Shown here piece by piece: positions 11,216-22,711 of a DNA stretch of 64,000 nt. A program made the position numbers and the translations under genes. Source of the DNA: Octopus bimaculoides (lineage: Eukaryota). Under the pieces are notes generated by a model. That model did not search any database, was not told the DNA's origin, and was given only the letters and a program-made list of their open reading frames with translations. The DNA lies in the NCBI RefSeq assembly GCF_001194135.2, contig NC_068984.1, positions 57,166,642 to 57,230,641 of the forward strand, written 5' to 3'. Position 1 is the first letter of the stretch; every line of letters begins with the position of its first letter.

Positions 11216-13382
11216 TAGAGATAGAATGGAAGAATGCATAAGATATTAGACTAACTGCTCATAGGCCATGATTTCAAAACATTTGTCCAAAATGTTTGCT
11301 TGTATTTTCTTGTAACTTTGGTCAAGACACTATTTTATTTGGTTGCTATGAGAAATAGATTCTAAATCACCTGAGAATTTTAGCTGTGACAAATTGGTTT
11401 CCTTTCCATTAAGAGATTTATCTTTCCATCTGCTAACACACTGAATTGTGCTTTTCCTTGATACCTAACTAAAGTGAATTTTATTGTTACTGCTAGTATC
11501 CTTATTGTGAATACAAGACAGTGCCAGTGACAGAATAAACGGATTTGATCATGTCCAATGTATTTGATGATGGTGGTAGTAGAGATGGATTGCCTAGTTG
11601 CCAGGACACTATGTAATAAACAGAAAGATTAGATCTACTTATACTGTTAATTATTTTGTTCTGTCTTCACAATCATGTCACTTAACTCTCCAACTACAAC
11701 AACAATAACAACGGTCCTCTTAACTGTAAGTACCTCAGAGTAGTTGAACTCTCTGCCTCTACTGAATACAGCATTGTATGATTTGTTAGTGTTTCATCAG
11801 ACTGTAGTGTTGAATTCATCCCCCCCACCAAGAAATAGTACCTTTCTGCAGAGGAAATGGACTTGCGACTTGTTCCTGTAAAAAGAAGAATCTAGTGATA
11901 TCATGGCAAAAAAATATTAGGAGCAATGGCAAAAATATTTGTGATCAGAAATATTGTAATAATGATGTAACAAAACTCAAAGCTTATGATATAAAAATTC
12001 AAGTACAAATTATTGATGTGAAAAGTGATTTATTTGATGAAGAAAACAAATAAATCAAAGAAAACATTTCTAAATCTAGCATTTTGACTGTAGACTTAGA
12101 TATCAATTAGTATTGTTAGATAGAATAAAATTATATTACAGCATAATTCTATCTTCCTTTTAATTATTTTCCATGGCTTAGTCAGAAGAGCACCTATAAT
12201 CTTTTTGTAACACCCTCAAGACTGTTGGGGTAAAAGGAAGAGTTGTCCTCAGACCAGAGAACTATACTGAATGCTTGCAACCAAGTTGATTCTGCTAAAG
12301 GCACCTGAAAGCTAAGCAGTGGTGTTAAGTCTGGGAAATGGAGTGGGAGTGGAATGAGAATAGCAATGTTCTTATTTTGGTTCCATTGTTAATACTGTAG
12401 CTATTACTATATGCTACTATGATTTTTTTCCTTGATTATATTAGTAGCAATACTACTTTCACTGGATAAAGACCTTCCATGTACATAAATCTAACATTTC
12501 CGTATACCTATAATTAACATACATCTCTGTTTTGCGTGGGGGGGGGGAGTGTGTGTGTGTGTGTGTGCACATATGTATGAATATGTATGCATGTATTAGT
12601 TGTTGATGTCTTGATTAAGTTTAGAAACTGACATTGCCATAATGTCTCATTTTCGAACTGTTTGCTTTTAGATTGTTAGCTTCAGGGGAGCATTAAGTTA
12701 TGGAAAGAAGAAGGAAATGTGAAAAGTTTGTGTTTCATTTGTCTAGTAGTTCATTTATTTATTTATATATTTATTTGTTTATTTATTCTTATATCCAAAG
12801 GATTACATCCATTTCAAAAGCTCTATGTTAATAGTACAACTATTTAACACATTTCTATATTTTCAGATGGCTGTGAATGTTGTTTGTAGTTAGTTTTGGT
12901 TGAAGAGTGTGTGTGTGCCTGTGTGTCTGTCTATCTGTATGTTTATGCGCATGTGTATTATATCTATGTATTTGTGTATGCTTGTATGCATATGTGTATA
13001 AACACATATAGGCATATATGTGTGGGAAGAGAGAGAGCGAGAGAGAAAGAAAGAGATAAAATGAGCTATATCATTACATAGATTGTATCTGTTGTAGTCA
13101 CGTTCTCACACATGTATTCATTTTTCGAGATCCAGATGTGGAGTAAACAACATATGAAAATAAAAGAAGCACTTAGTTCTTGTTGATATATTTTTTTTAT
13201 TTCTTAAATAATATTTCAGCTCGTTTTGTTGTAAAGTATTTTTGATAAAACAGTATCATGTATTATTCAGTCACAGAAGTAAAGAAAATGGTAAAGATAA
13301 TGGTGGAGAAAGTTTAAGAATGAAGGAATAGTGTGACTGTTAAAACTCTATCAGTTAATAAATGATCTATTTCTTCCAGCAG

Positions 13383-13484
13383 AGTGCATGCTTGACGAAA
13401 TGGTTAAGTAGTTCATTATGCAATCACAAGGTTCAAGGTTTGATCCCACTGAGAGGCATTTTTGAAAAGTGTTTTCTATCAAGC
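13383..13484 (+). mobile_element. SINE head fragment (family A-like)
   Basis: tggttaagtagttcatt..aatcacaaggttcaaggtttgatcccactgagaggca is a tRNA-like head. Confidence 0.6.
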
Positions 13485-13497
13485 TTTCTGAACAAAG

Positions 13498-13842
13498 TGA
13501 AGGCACATGGCTCAGTGGCTAGAGCATCAGGCTCACAATCATGATATGGTGAGTTCGATTCCTGGATCGAGCTGTGTGTTGTATTCTCGAGCAAGTCATT
13601 TTATTTCATGTTGCTCCAGTTCACTCAGCTGTAGAAATGAGTTGCAACATCACTGGTGCCAAGCTGTATTGGCTTTTGCCTTTCCCTTGAATAACATTGG
13701 TGGCATGGAGAAGGGAATTTGGTATGCATGGGCGACTACTGGTTTCCATAAACAACCTTGCCCAGACTTGTGCCTCAGAGAGTAACTTTTTAGGTACAAT
13801 CCCATGGTCTTTCATGACTGAAGTGGGACTTTACCCTTACCC
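13498..13842 (+). mobile_element. tRNA-derived SINE family D
   Basis: A box tggctcagtggctag, B box gagttcgattcc, then gagcaagtcattttatttcatgttgctccagttcactcagct shared with 57178. Confidence 0.85.
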
Positions 13843-15407
13843 TGTGAACAAAACTGTGAGGAAGTTCTACAGATAAAGCATACCTTTTAATTCAAAAAGT
13901 CTTATCACTCACTGTGTTATACAGATTATGTCTATATTAAGCGTACATGTCTCTGGAGAATAACTTAGTCATATATTATTATTTAATGAGTAAGTAGTTC
14001 TGTTGATTGGACAACTGACATGTGTTCCGTTTATTTCTTCCAGCTTGGTAGGAAGCTCTTATTGGCTTCAATTTCAATCAGTTGGTTGTTTTGAATCTAT
14101 TGCCATACTGTCCTAAGAACATTGTTCCTACTTCACAAAGGATTTGACAGCATAGTGAGAAAATTAATGAATTGTTGTTTTTTACATTTTCTCAATACCT
14201 ATTTCAACCCAGACTTTCAAAGAAACAGTAAAACTGTTGATGTTGGTAATGATGATGTTATTTTGAAGATCATTCAAAAGGAATTTCATAATTCACATAT
14301 TGCTAGCATTTTATTGTGTATAAAAAAAAACTGGTATGATGAATTGAATCAGCTTTTATATATAGATTACTAGTTTTTATTTTATTTAATAAAATGGCAT
14401 AAAAAGAGAAACATTTGACTGTGAGATTTTGATTTGAGAATATATTAATTGGTAGGAATTTTGATTTATTAAGAAGATTCTGAACATAATAAGATAGCTA
14501 GCTAGTAAATATGCTTCAGTATTAAGTTAAATATTTTATTTGCTAAACATCTGCTACCCAAATATCTGTAAGTTGATTTTCCCCGCCTTATTACTACTAT
14601 ATGACAGATTCTTAAGATTCTTACCTACTGGGCTTTATGGTTCCACTGTTTTCATCTGATATAAAATCACCAACCACTGTGCATCTAATCTTAGAACACA
14701 ATTTTCACAAATCCAATAGTTAATCCTTTTCTAATTCACATTAGGTGTTTATCTTATCTCTGGTTAAGTAGATGAGAGATGATTCATTCACTGGTTAGCA
14801 CACAGATCTATTTCAGGTAACCTTTTCTATCCAAACTAGATCCTTTTAAATACAGGCAATACTCATTAATTCTATGTTGCAATGCTGTTTGTAATTTTCC
14901 CTCTAATGTTACCTACTTAGAGTTGGTGAACTCAGCTTCTGATCTGTGATTATGAGTCAGTTATAGTGAGGATAAGTGAGAAACACATAAACATCTTCAA
15001 ACCCATATTTTTTCCCCTTAGGTGTCATGGTTATCTCTATAGATAACAAATCAGTGCTGGCTATAATTTTTATAGTAAACCAATAGAGATAACCTTAACA
15101 AGTGATTTAATAGCACTGCTAACACAGTAGAACACTGTGTTGACTTATAAAAGCATTTAATATTCTTTCTAGTATATTATGGTTACATAACAAAATATGG
15201 TGTCTCTACTAGTCATTAGGTGTCATGCATTTCACACCTCACCAGAGAAGTAAACACTGCAGTTCATTCTCTCTAAAAAAAATTTCATACATCACCAGTA
15301 GATGTGTTTTGATCTTTGGTAGTAATTTTTATTTTCATATATTGTTGTACAGCAAGAAAATTTTCATTTGAAATTAATATAAATTTTTTTTTTTTTTACT
15401 TTTACAG

Positions 15408-15449
15408 GTAAGTTGGAGTTTGATGTTATTTTATTACATGCAAGGAAAG
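15408..15449 (+). CDS. Candidate 42-nt exon or recursive-splice exon: xKLEFDVILLHARK
   Basis: Preceded by T14-acttttacag and followed by AAG|gtaatt. Open in phase 1 and phase 0. No transcript evidence. Confidence 0.3.
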
Positions 15450-16004
15450 GTAATTTTTATGCAATACTTATTTTTTGCTTTTTGAATATATAACATTCAG
15501 TATAAAGTTTGATATTCTGTTACAAATGCATAACTACATTTAACCAATTTAATTTTAAAGTATGCATGTATGACAAAAGATCTAGTTACCTCATTCTGTC
15601 ATTTGTTTTTTGAATATAACAAAGAACCCTTCTCAGACATTTAATCTTTTAACTTCCTCAATTTTAATGTTGGTAACAAAATGCTATCCATATTGTAAAG
15701 TACATGCTTGGATCTAAGGATATAAATGATGGTCTGTTAACAATTAGGGAGCACAAAGAGTTTAAAAATGAACTAAACCAACTTACTACCAGGAAGAGGG
15801 AAAATTTTTTTTTTCTCAGACAGAACCTTTAGTCTGACAGTGTATGTGTGTGCATGCACACACACACACACACACACTAATTTTCTTATGTTACTATCTA
15901 TATTAACAGCTTGAATATATGATGGTAAAGAAAACTAAGGTTTATTATATAGTACTCTGCTCTTTCAGTCAAATAACTTTTTCTTTTTAAGAACTACTCA
16001 TTCT

Positions 16005-16170
16005 TAACAGAGAGGCAAGTTCATTATATCAGCTGTAGTACTTGGTTGATACTTATTTTATTAGCCCCAGATGGAAAGATGCAAGAGAAAGTTGACCTCA
16101 GTGACATTATGAGAACATAAAGATGTGCAAATAAATACCACAAGGAATTTTCTCTGATACTCTACTGATT
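16005..16170 (-). mobile_element. SINE family C, degraded
   Basis: gtagtacttggttgatacttattttattagcccc..aaagttgacctcagtg. Confidence 0.65.
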
Positions 16171-16424
16171 TATTAAGAAATATTAAAAAGACATGAAAAG
16201 CATTCTATAACTGATTCTATAACATATGTGCTAAAATTAAGATTTCCTTATGTATACAAATATAGAATTTTTGTTCTGAATTCTAAATCATACATCCATT
16301 ATGGTTGAAAGATTTTGAGATGATGAAAGAGTCAGGCATTAATATAATATGCTTCAAGAGTACTAAATATATTCACTGAATATACCTCTACACACACAAA
16401 CACCTATTTAATTTCAATTTACAG

Positions 16425-16486
16425 GTCCTCTAATGGCTGTAAAATTCCGAAAACTCTTGAAGAGAGAAATACAGAGGCTGTTATAA
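16425..16486 (+). CDS. Candidate terminal coding exon: (G)PLMAVKFRKLLKREIQRLL*
   Basis: Acceptor atttcaatttacag. Phase 1 is compatible with 15408-15449. A second frame (SSNGCKIPKTLEERNTEAVIKCIGRE*) is also open. Confidence 0.2.
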
Positions 16487-16890
16487 AATGCATTGGCAGA
16501 GAATAGTTAATTATTATGATATTCATATTTTGCAAAATAATAATAATAATAATAATAATAGCTCTCTCGTTTTCTTTTAATATCATTGTTAAAAATGCAC
16601 AGAATGTACCATGTAGTAACAATTTGATTTCAAGGAATGCATTACATGCTGGTAATTTTATTTTTCACAAACAGTGCACACCTCTCTCCAGGGATGTTTC
16701 TTCCCTTTGTATGGTATTAGAAAAAACAAAAATGGCTAGGCTAATGTTTAGGACTTACATGCACATGCATGAAAAAGATATGTCAGACAATACAAGATGT
16801 TACTTCCAATGACTATCATACATATATTCCCTCATTTCTGCAAGTATCATTTTACCCCTTCTGAGCTTTTCATGTATATATATATATATA

Positions 16891-16900
16891 NNNNNNNNNN
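16891..16900. other. Assembly gap (10 N)
   Basis: N-run after (TA)n. Confidence 0.99.
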
Positions 16901-17393
16901 GGAGTGATCACTAGTGATGGCAATGTTATGCCTCCATTCATCTTCACACACGGCCCCAGACACAGCATGGAGGCCTACATCAAGTGCCTGGAGGAGATAG
17001 TGCTGCCCTGGGTGAAGAGGGTGGCTGCTGGAAGACCCTGTGTCTGGCAACAGGACTCTGCACCATGCCACACAAGCAGGAGAACCCAGTCATGGCTGTC
17101 AGACAATTTCTGCGACCACATCACCCCTAACATCTGACCACCTAACTCCTCAGGCTGTAACCCCCTTGGTTATTATGTGTGGAGCACAGTTAAGTGAGAG
17201 ACCAACAAAACTCCTTGTAACACCAAAGGCAAGGATTATGGTAGCATTCACCAACTTAAACAAGGAGATCATCCCAAAGAGTTGCAGGAGATTCTGAAGT
17301 TGTTTGGTGGCTGTGGTTGAAGTCAATGGCGATTTTATTGAATAAATTTACTCTTTAGTTTTTCAAGATATTGTTATATAATTTAGGTAAATA
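16901..17393 (+). mobile_element. Tc1/mariner transposase pseudogene, maT (DD37D) type, C-terminal half
   Basis: ITSDGNVMPPFIF..AYIKCLEEIVLPWVKRVAAGRPCVWQQDSAPCHTSRRTQSWLSDNFCDHITPNI*PPNSSGCNPLGYYVWS. There are 37 residues from the QQD Asp to the expected NPLD position, here Gly. Internal stops present. Confidence 0.88.
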
Positions 17394-17649
17394 TCATCAT
17401 CATCATCGTTTAACGTCCGCTTTCCATGCTAGCATGGGTTGGACGATTTGACTGAGGACTGGTGAAACCGGATGGCAACACCAGGCTCCAGTCTGATTTG
17501 GCAGAGTTTCTACAGCTGGATGCCCTTCCTAACGCCAACCACTCAAAGAGTGTAGTGGGTGCTTTTACGTGTCACCCGCACGAAAACGGCCACGCTCGAA
17601 ATGGTGTCTTTTATGTGCCACCCGCACAAGCCAGTCCAGGGGCACTGGC
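17394..17649 (-). mobile_element. Family B element (RTE-derived 3' end with (GAT)n tail), cut by gap
   Basis: catcatcatcgtttaacgtccgctttccatgctagcatgggttggacg..gcccttcctaacgccaaccactc matches 24547 and 47230-47608. Confidence 0.92.
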
Positions 17650-18304
17650 NNNNNNNNNNNNNNNNNNNNNNNNNNNNNNNNNNNNNNNNNNNNNNNNNNN
17701 NNNNNNNNNNNNNNNNNNNNNNNNNNNNNNNNNNNNNNNNNNNNNNNNNNNNNNNNNNNNNNNNNNNNNNNNNNNNNNNNNNNNNNNNNNNNNNNNNNNN
17801 NNNNNNNNNNNNNNNNNNNNNNNNNNNNNNNNNNNNNNNNNNNNNNNNNNNNNNNNNNNNNNNNNNNNNNNNNNNNNNNNNNNNNNNNNNNNNNNNNNNN
17901 NNNNNNNNNNNNNNNNNNNNNNNNNNNNNNNNNNNNNNNNNNNNNNNNNNNNNNNNNNNNNNNNNNNNNNNNNNNNNNNNNNNNNNNNNNNNNNNNNNNN
18001 NNNNNNNNNNNNNNNNNNNNNNNNNNNNNNNNNNNNNNNNNNNNNNNNNNNNNNNNNNNNNNNNNNNNNNNNNNNNNNNNNNNNNNNNNNNNNNNNNNNN
18101 NNNNNNNNNNNNNNNNNNNNNNNNNNNNNNNNNNNNNNNNNNNNNNNNNNNNNNNNNNNNNNNNNNNNNNNNNNNNNNNNNNNNNNNNNNNNNNNNNNNN
18201 NNNNNNNNNNNNNNNNNNNNNNNNNNNNNNNNNNNNNNNNNNNNNNNNNNNNNNNNNNNNNNNNNNNNNNNNNNNNNNNNNNNNNNNNNNNNNNNNNNNN
18301 NNNN
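17650..18304. other. Assembly gap (655 N)
   Basis: N-run. Confidence 0.99.
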
Positions 18305-18419
18305 TATATATATATATATATATAAATATGCATGCATGCACACATTCTGTACACACACACACACACACACACACATGGAAAGTAATGCATAAGTAGGCTT
18401 CACTTTTTTATGAACTGGC

Positions 18420-19500
18420 ATAAGTCATACATAGTATGCATAACTAATCCCTTATACAAAGAAACTTCTCAACATAGTCTCTGTCACAAGTGATGCATTT
18501 GCACCATCACTGAACCCCTATCTGAAATCCACTTCAAAAAGATTCAGGTATGCACTACTGTACCCACTTCTTCACAGCTGCTTTCATTTCATCTGTGTCA
18601 TGAAATCATAGTCCATGAAAACTGTCCTTCATTGGACTGAACAGGTGAAAATCAGACAGCGCCAGATTTGAGTTGTGTAGTGAACAGGGTATCACTGACC
18701 ATCAAAGTTTTCAGAGTGCCTGATTTATTGCTAAAGATGTGTGTGGTTGCACATTGTCATGGTGAATGTAGATCATTTTCAGATTCTTATTCAGTTTCTC
18801 CTTCTTCCTGGTTTTTCTAAACTTTTTGAATGTCTCAGTGTATTTCTGGCTGTTCATGATACAGCCACATTCCAGAAAAATCAAAGAGAAGGATGCTCTT
18901 ATCATCTCTAGAAACAGTCACCATTACTTTCTGTGCTCTTGAACTTCTTAGGCCTTGTGTAAGAGGTATGACACCATTCTATGGCCAGAGCCTTCATTTC
19001 TTGGTCATAAAGATATGCCTATTTTGTTTTGTTCCCTGTCATTCGATCAGGTTGAAAAAATAAAGGGGGTCTTCATTGGCTTCAAACGTTTTCAGCAGAT
19101 TGGAGTGTACTTCTCTCTCTCTTTCAAATCAGGTGACAACTGCCAAGCTATCCACTTTGCACACACTTTCTGATACTCCAAAGTCTTCCATCATCTGTAA
19201 TGCTTTGTGAGGGCAATCAAGTTGAGCAACCAGCTTTGGGCTGTGACTTATCTGCCTGTGCAAATCAATTTGTTCTCTTGCTGGTGATTCATATAAGCAG
19301 TCACAATTGATGCACTCCTACTTCATGATTTCTCTTCAATGCTGCTTTTCCTTTCTTTAAACTTCATCCATCTACGCACATTGCTCTTGATAATTGTGTC
19401 ATCTCCATAAACAACCTGTATCCTTCTGTGAAAGTCAGACAGCCAGTACTCCTTCATGAAGAACTCAATATAGTACATTGCTTGCAGCTTTGTAATACTT
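18420..19500 (-). mobile_element. Mariner transposase pseudogene (DD34D type), near full length, heavily degraded
   Basis: Minus-strand pieces: FHRRIQVVYGDD..SNVRRW (HTH), GYQKVCAKWI (WVPxxL-like), HHDNVQPHTS, and ctggcgctgtctgattttcacctgttc (DLAPSDFHLF-like). Many frameshifts; TIRs not found. Confidence 0.85.
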
Positions 19501-19789
19501 AAATTTTTTTCAGTAATTCTAATTTACTCTGCTGTGCATAACACACATGCGCATGCATGCGTGCGCACATGCACACACATCAAGTTACTTTATATAAACT
19601 GATGGCAGAATTAATTATGTATGCAAAATATCCTGCTATCTGTATTCTGTTCGTGACTTTTTAAAGTTTTCTTGTTTTTTTGAAATACTATTATATGCTC
19701 ATGACATATGACATACTGAACTGATATTTTTTATATATATGACAAATCATGCACATGTGTGTGTGAGTGTATGTGCGAGTGTGTGTGTG

Positions 19790-20112
19790 CATCTGCATGT
19801 GGAGGTTCCAGAAAAAGAGCTTTGAAATCAACTGCGACACCTTAGGAATACAAGCATAAGACCACTCTGTCTGGCAAAGCTGTACCAACAGGGGTGTCAC
19901 TTCTTATGAACAGAAAAGGATTGCAGGGACACAAGAAAACAAAACTGTGCAAGTCCAGAGCCAATTCCTTGCCTTCAGTCCCAGCAGACCACCAGAGCCC
20001 GATCTGCAGCAGAATCCTCCAAGCACTCATTGGTCTGATCAGTCACAGCCAGACACACTATACCCTATCTTTTCCTATGTAATGTCTTTGTCATCATCAA
20101 CAATGAATGAAC
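19790..20112 (+). mobile_element. RTE-clade LINE 3' end
   Basis: ORF 19894-20082 ends PICSRILQALIGLISHSQTH, matching the CxxC..RIGLxSHxRTH C-terminal finger of RTE ORFs. Followed by (AAT)n. Confidence 0.8.
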
Positions 20113-20127
20113 TAATAATAATAATAA

Positions 20128-20345
20128 GGGACCTTTTGAGCAGGATGGCTATTCAACTTGAAGAAAATTCTAACTGGGCCTCATCTGCAAGGTTGTGCGT
20201 TGTTTATCTTGATATGAGATCACCATGTTGCGCACTTATGGTTGTGATGCATGTGCCTGGTGTACCCTTATCAGATGGGTCATGATGGGTATATTGGGCT
20301 TCATATATTTGTAGTCCAGTATCACTTTGATGGCATGCACTGCTC
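20128..20345 (+). mobile_element. Family F repeat, 5'-truncated copy
   Basis: Aligns with 21634-21865 (gggaccttttgagcaggatg..tgcactgctctctcactc). (AAT)n on both sides. Confidence 0.85.
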
Positions 20346-20361
20346 TCTCACTCAATAATAA

Positions 20362-20582
20362 TAATAATCTTTTCTACAATAAGCACAATGCCTGAAATTT
20401 GTGGAGAGGATGTAAGTTGATCACATCAACTGCAGTACTTGACCAGTACTTAATTTATTAACTCTGAAAGGATGAAAAGCAAAGTCGAACTTGGCAGAAT
20501 TTGGACTCAGAACACAAAGATGGGTGAAATACCGCTAGGCATTTTACCCAATGTGCCAATGACTTTGCCAGCTTGCCACCTT
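20362..20582 (-). mobile_element. tRNA-derived SINE family C, full length
   Basis: The minus strand reads a tRNA-like head (ggtggcaagctggcaaagtcattgg..ttctgagtccaaattc), body cgactttgcttttcatcctttc, and an (ATT)n tail. Confidence 0.88.
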
Positions 20583-20593
20583 AATAATGATTA

Positions 20594-20594
<1 letters not shown>

Positions 20595-20640
<46 letters not shown>
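20595..20640. repeat. (AAT)n microsatellite
   Basis: About 15 AAT units. Confidence 0.98.
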
Positions 20641-20644
<4 letters not shown>

Positions 20645-21287
20645 CAATAAATCATATTATCTCTGGCTGCCCAGTCCTGGCTAAGAAGGAATATATTCAC
20701 AGACACGACAGAGCTGGGACCTATATACACTGGAAGCTATGCCAACACTATGGAAGAACAACAGAAAAAAGATGGTATAAACACACGCCAGAAAAGGTCA
20801 CAGAAAACGAGAAAGCAACCATACTCTGGAATATGCCAATATACACAGATAGAGAAATTAAGGCAAATAGACCAGATATAGTTGTCAAAGATCATGAAGA
20901 AAAAAAACGCTTTCTAATTGATGTATCAATACCAGCAGATGACAACGTTTCTCTAAAAGAAATGGAAAAACTTTCAAAATGCAAAGACCTGGAAATAGAG
21001 GTAACTCGAATGTGGAATCTAAAAACAGAAACAATTCTTATTATAGTAGGTGCCTTAGGTATAATAAAAAAATATTCAGACAAATACATAACAAAAACAC
21101 CAGGACTTACAAATATATATATAACATACAGAAAATTGCACTACTGGGCACTGCACACATCCTACGTAAAACACTTGCAATACAGTAACCAAAAGAGCAT
21201 CACAGCAAACCACAGCAGATACCCAACACAGAGAGCTGCGCTCAGTAGTGAAGTGAAAGCACGTTATAAAAATAAAACTACTGAACA
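20641..21287 (+). mobile_element. RLE-class non-LTR retrotransposon 3' end (R4/Dong-like), 5'-truncated
   Basis: INHIISGCPVLAKKEYIHRHD (end of zinc knuckle plus RHD), ANRPDIVVKD..FLIDVSIP..KEMEKLSK (PD-D/ExK nuclease), IVGALG, and after a frameshift NIQKIALLGTAHILRKTL*. Short 3' UTR; (AAT)n on both flanks. Confidence 0.92.
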
Positions 21288-21311
21288 ACAATAATAATAA
21301 TAATAATAATA

Positions 21312-21865
21312 AATGCCCTGATGCAGTACCAGACAGTGGCTCTCATGGCTTCTGATCTTAACTGGTTGGAAGTGTTACGTGCATTGTTTTGTCTTGATAT
21401 AAAAGATGAGCTACAATATATATTCTGCTCAATACCACAGATTTGCTTGTCAGTTGTTTGACCATAACCAATTGAACATGTCCCTTAGTGGCTGACGATA
21501 TGTGCATCTCTGATCATGAGCAGTAGTGGGCGAGCATTATAGCCATGTGTTAAGAGGAATTCTTTGGGGTTTGGATAATTCACCTTTGGAAACATGGGTG
21601 TTTTTTTCAACATCCTTAAACAACCCTTATTCAGGGACCTTTTGAGCAGGATGGGCCACTCGACCTGAAGAAAATTCTAACTGGGCCTCACCTGCAAGGT
21701 CATGCGCTGTTTATTTTGATATGAGATCACCATGTCGCACACATATGGTTATGATGCATGTGCCTGGCGTACTCTTATCAGACGGGTAGTCATGATGGGT
21801 ATACTGGGCTTTGTATATTTGTAGCCCAGTGTCACTTTGATGGCATGCACTGCTCTCTCACTCAA
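21312..21865 (+). mobile_element. Family F repeat, long copy (non-coding, unclassified)
   Basis: Its 3' ~230 bp match 20128-20345. AAT-rich tracts on both sides; no recognisable ORF. Confidence 0.8.
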
Positions 21866-22655
21866 TATTATTAACAATAATAGTGTGTGTGTATTTATCC
21901 TTGGAAACTAATGATCCAATGATGATTGTTTAGTTGTGCATTCAGCTAAGGTCTTTGAATTGTGTTTTTTATTGTATATAGTTGTATAACAAGGATTTAA
22001 AATTTCCAGCTGTACTTGAAACTTACTAATTTGGCTAGAATACATCACTGTTATTTTTTTCTTGAATATAATCATAATCTATGATGATATTATATTGGTT
22101 TCTACCATTTTATTATGGTTATTTCAGCCCATACCCTTTCTGGGAAGTAATAGATGGTGCTGCCCCCCCCCCACACTTTTATTTTTAGTTGAAGTTCCCT
22201 GTCCAGGAGAAAATAAATTTAGAATAAATACTGTAGATTAAAAAATGAGTTTGCTTTTCACTGAACATGTAAATTAGGTTCAGTGTGTTCTAAGTAATTA
22301 GAATATATATACATGTGTGTAAATATGTGTGTATAGTCTAAGAAACCAAAAGTCAGAAAAAATAGGCACTCATATATTTGTGAATAAATTGGGCATATTA
22401 ACAAAAATATACACTATTAGAGATCCATGACAGGCAATCTTACCAGTCAGTTTCGCACTGGGAATTAGGCAAATGAATGGTTATCTAAAAGGTATGCTCA
22501 TCAGAGATGGCAGGTATGAGGAAAAAAAAAGCCCATTATTTTTCTATACCTGCTATTTCTGTAGAGCTCACTTATACAACTGTTTGGTGTTTTTCTAATA
22601 TCCAGTGCAAAACCAACTGGTAAGATCTGTAATGGATCTATAATATTATATACTT

Positions 22656-22711
<56 letters not shown>

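Noticed and set aside
17462-18421. Long ORFs spanning N-runs (also 29723-30298 and 35894-36694)
   Set aside because: Artefacts of translating assembly gaps.
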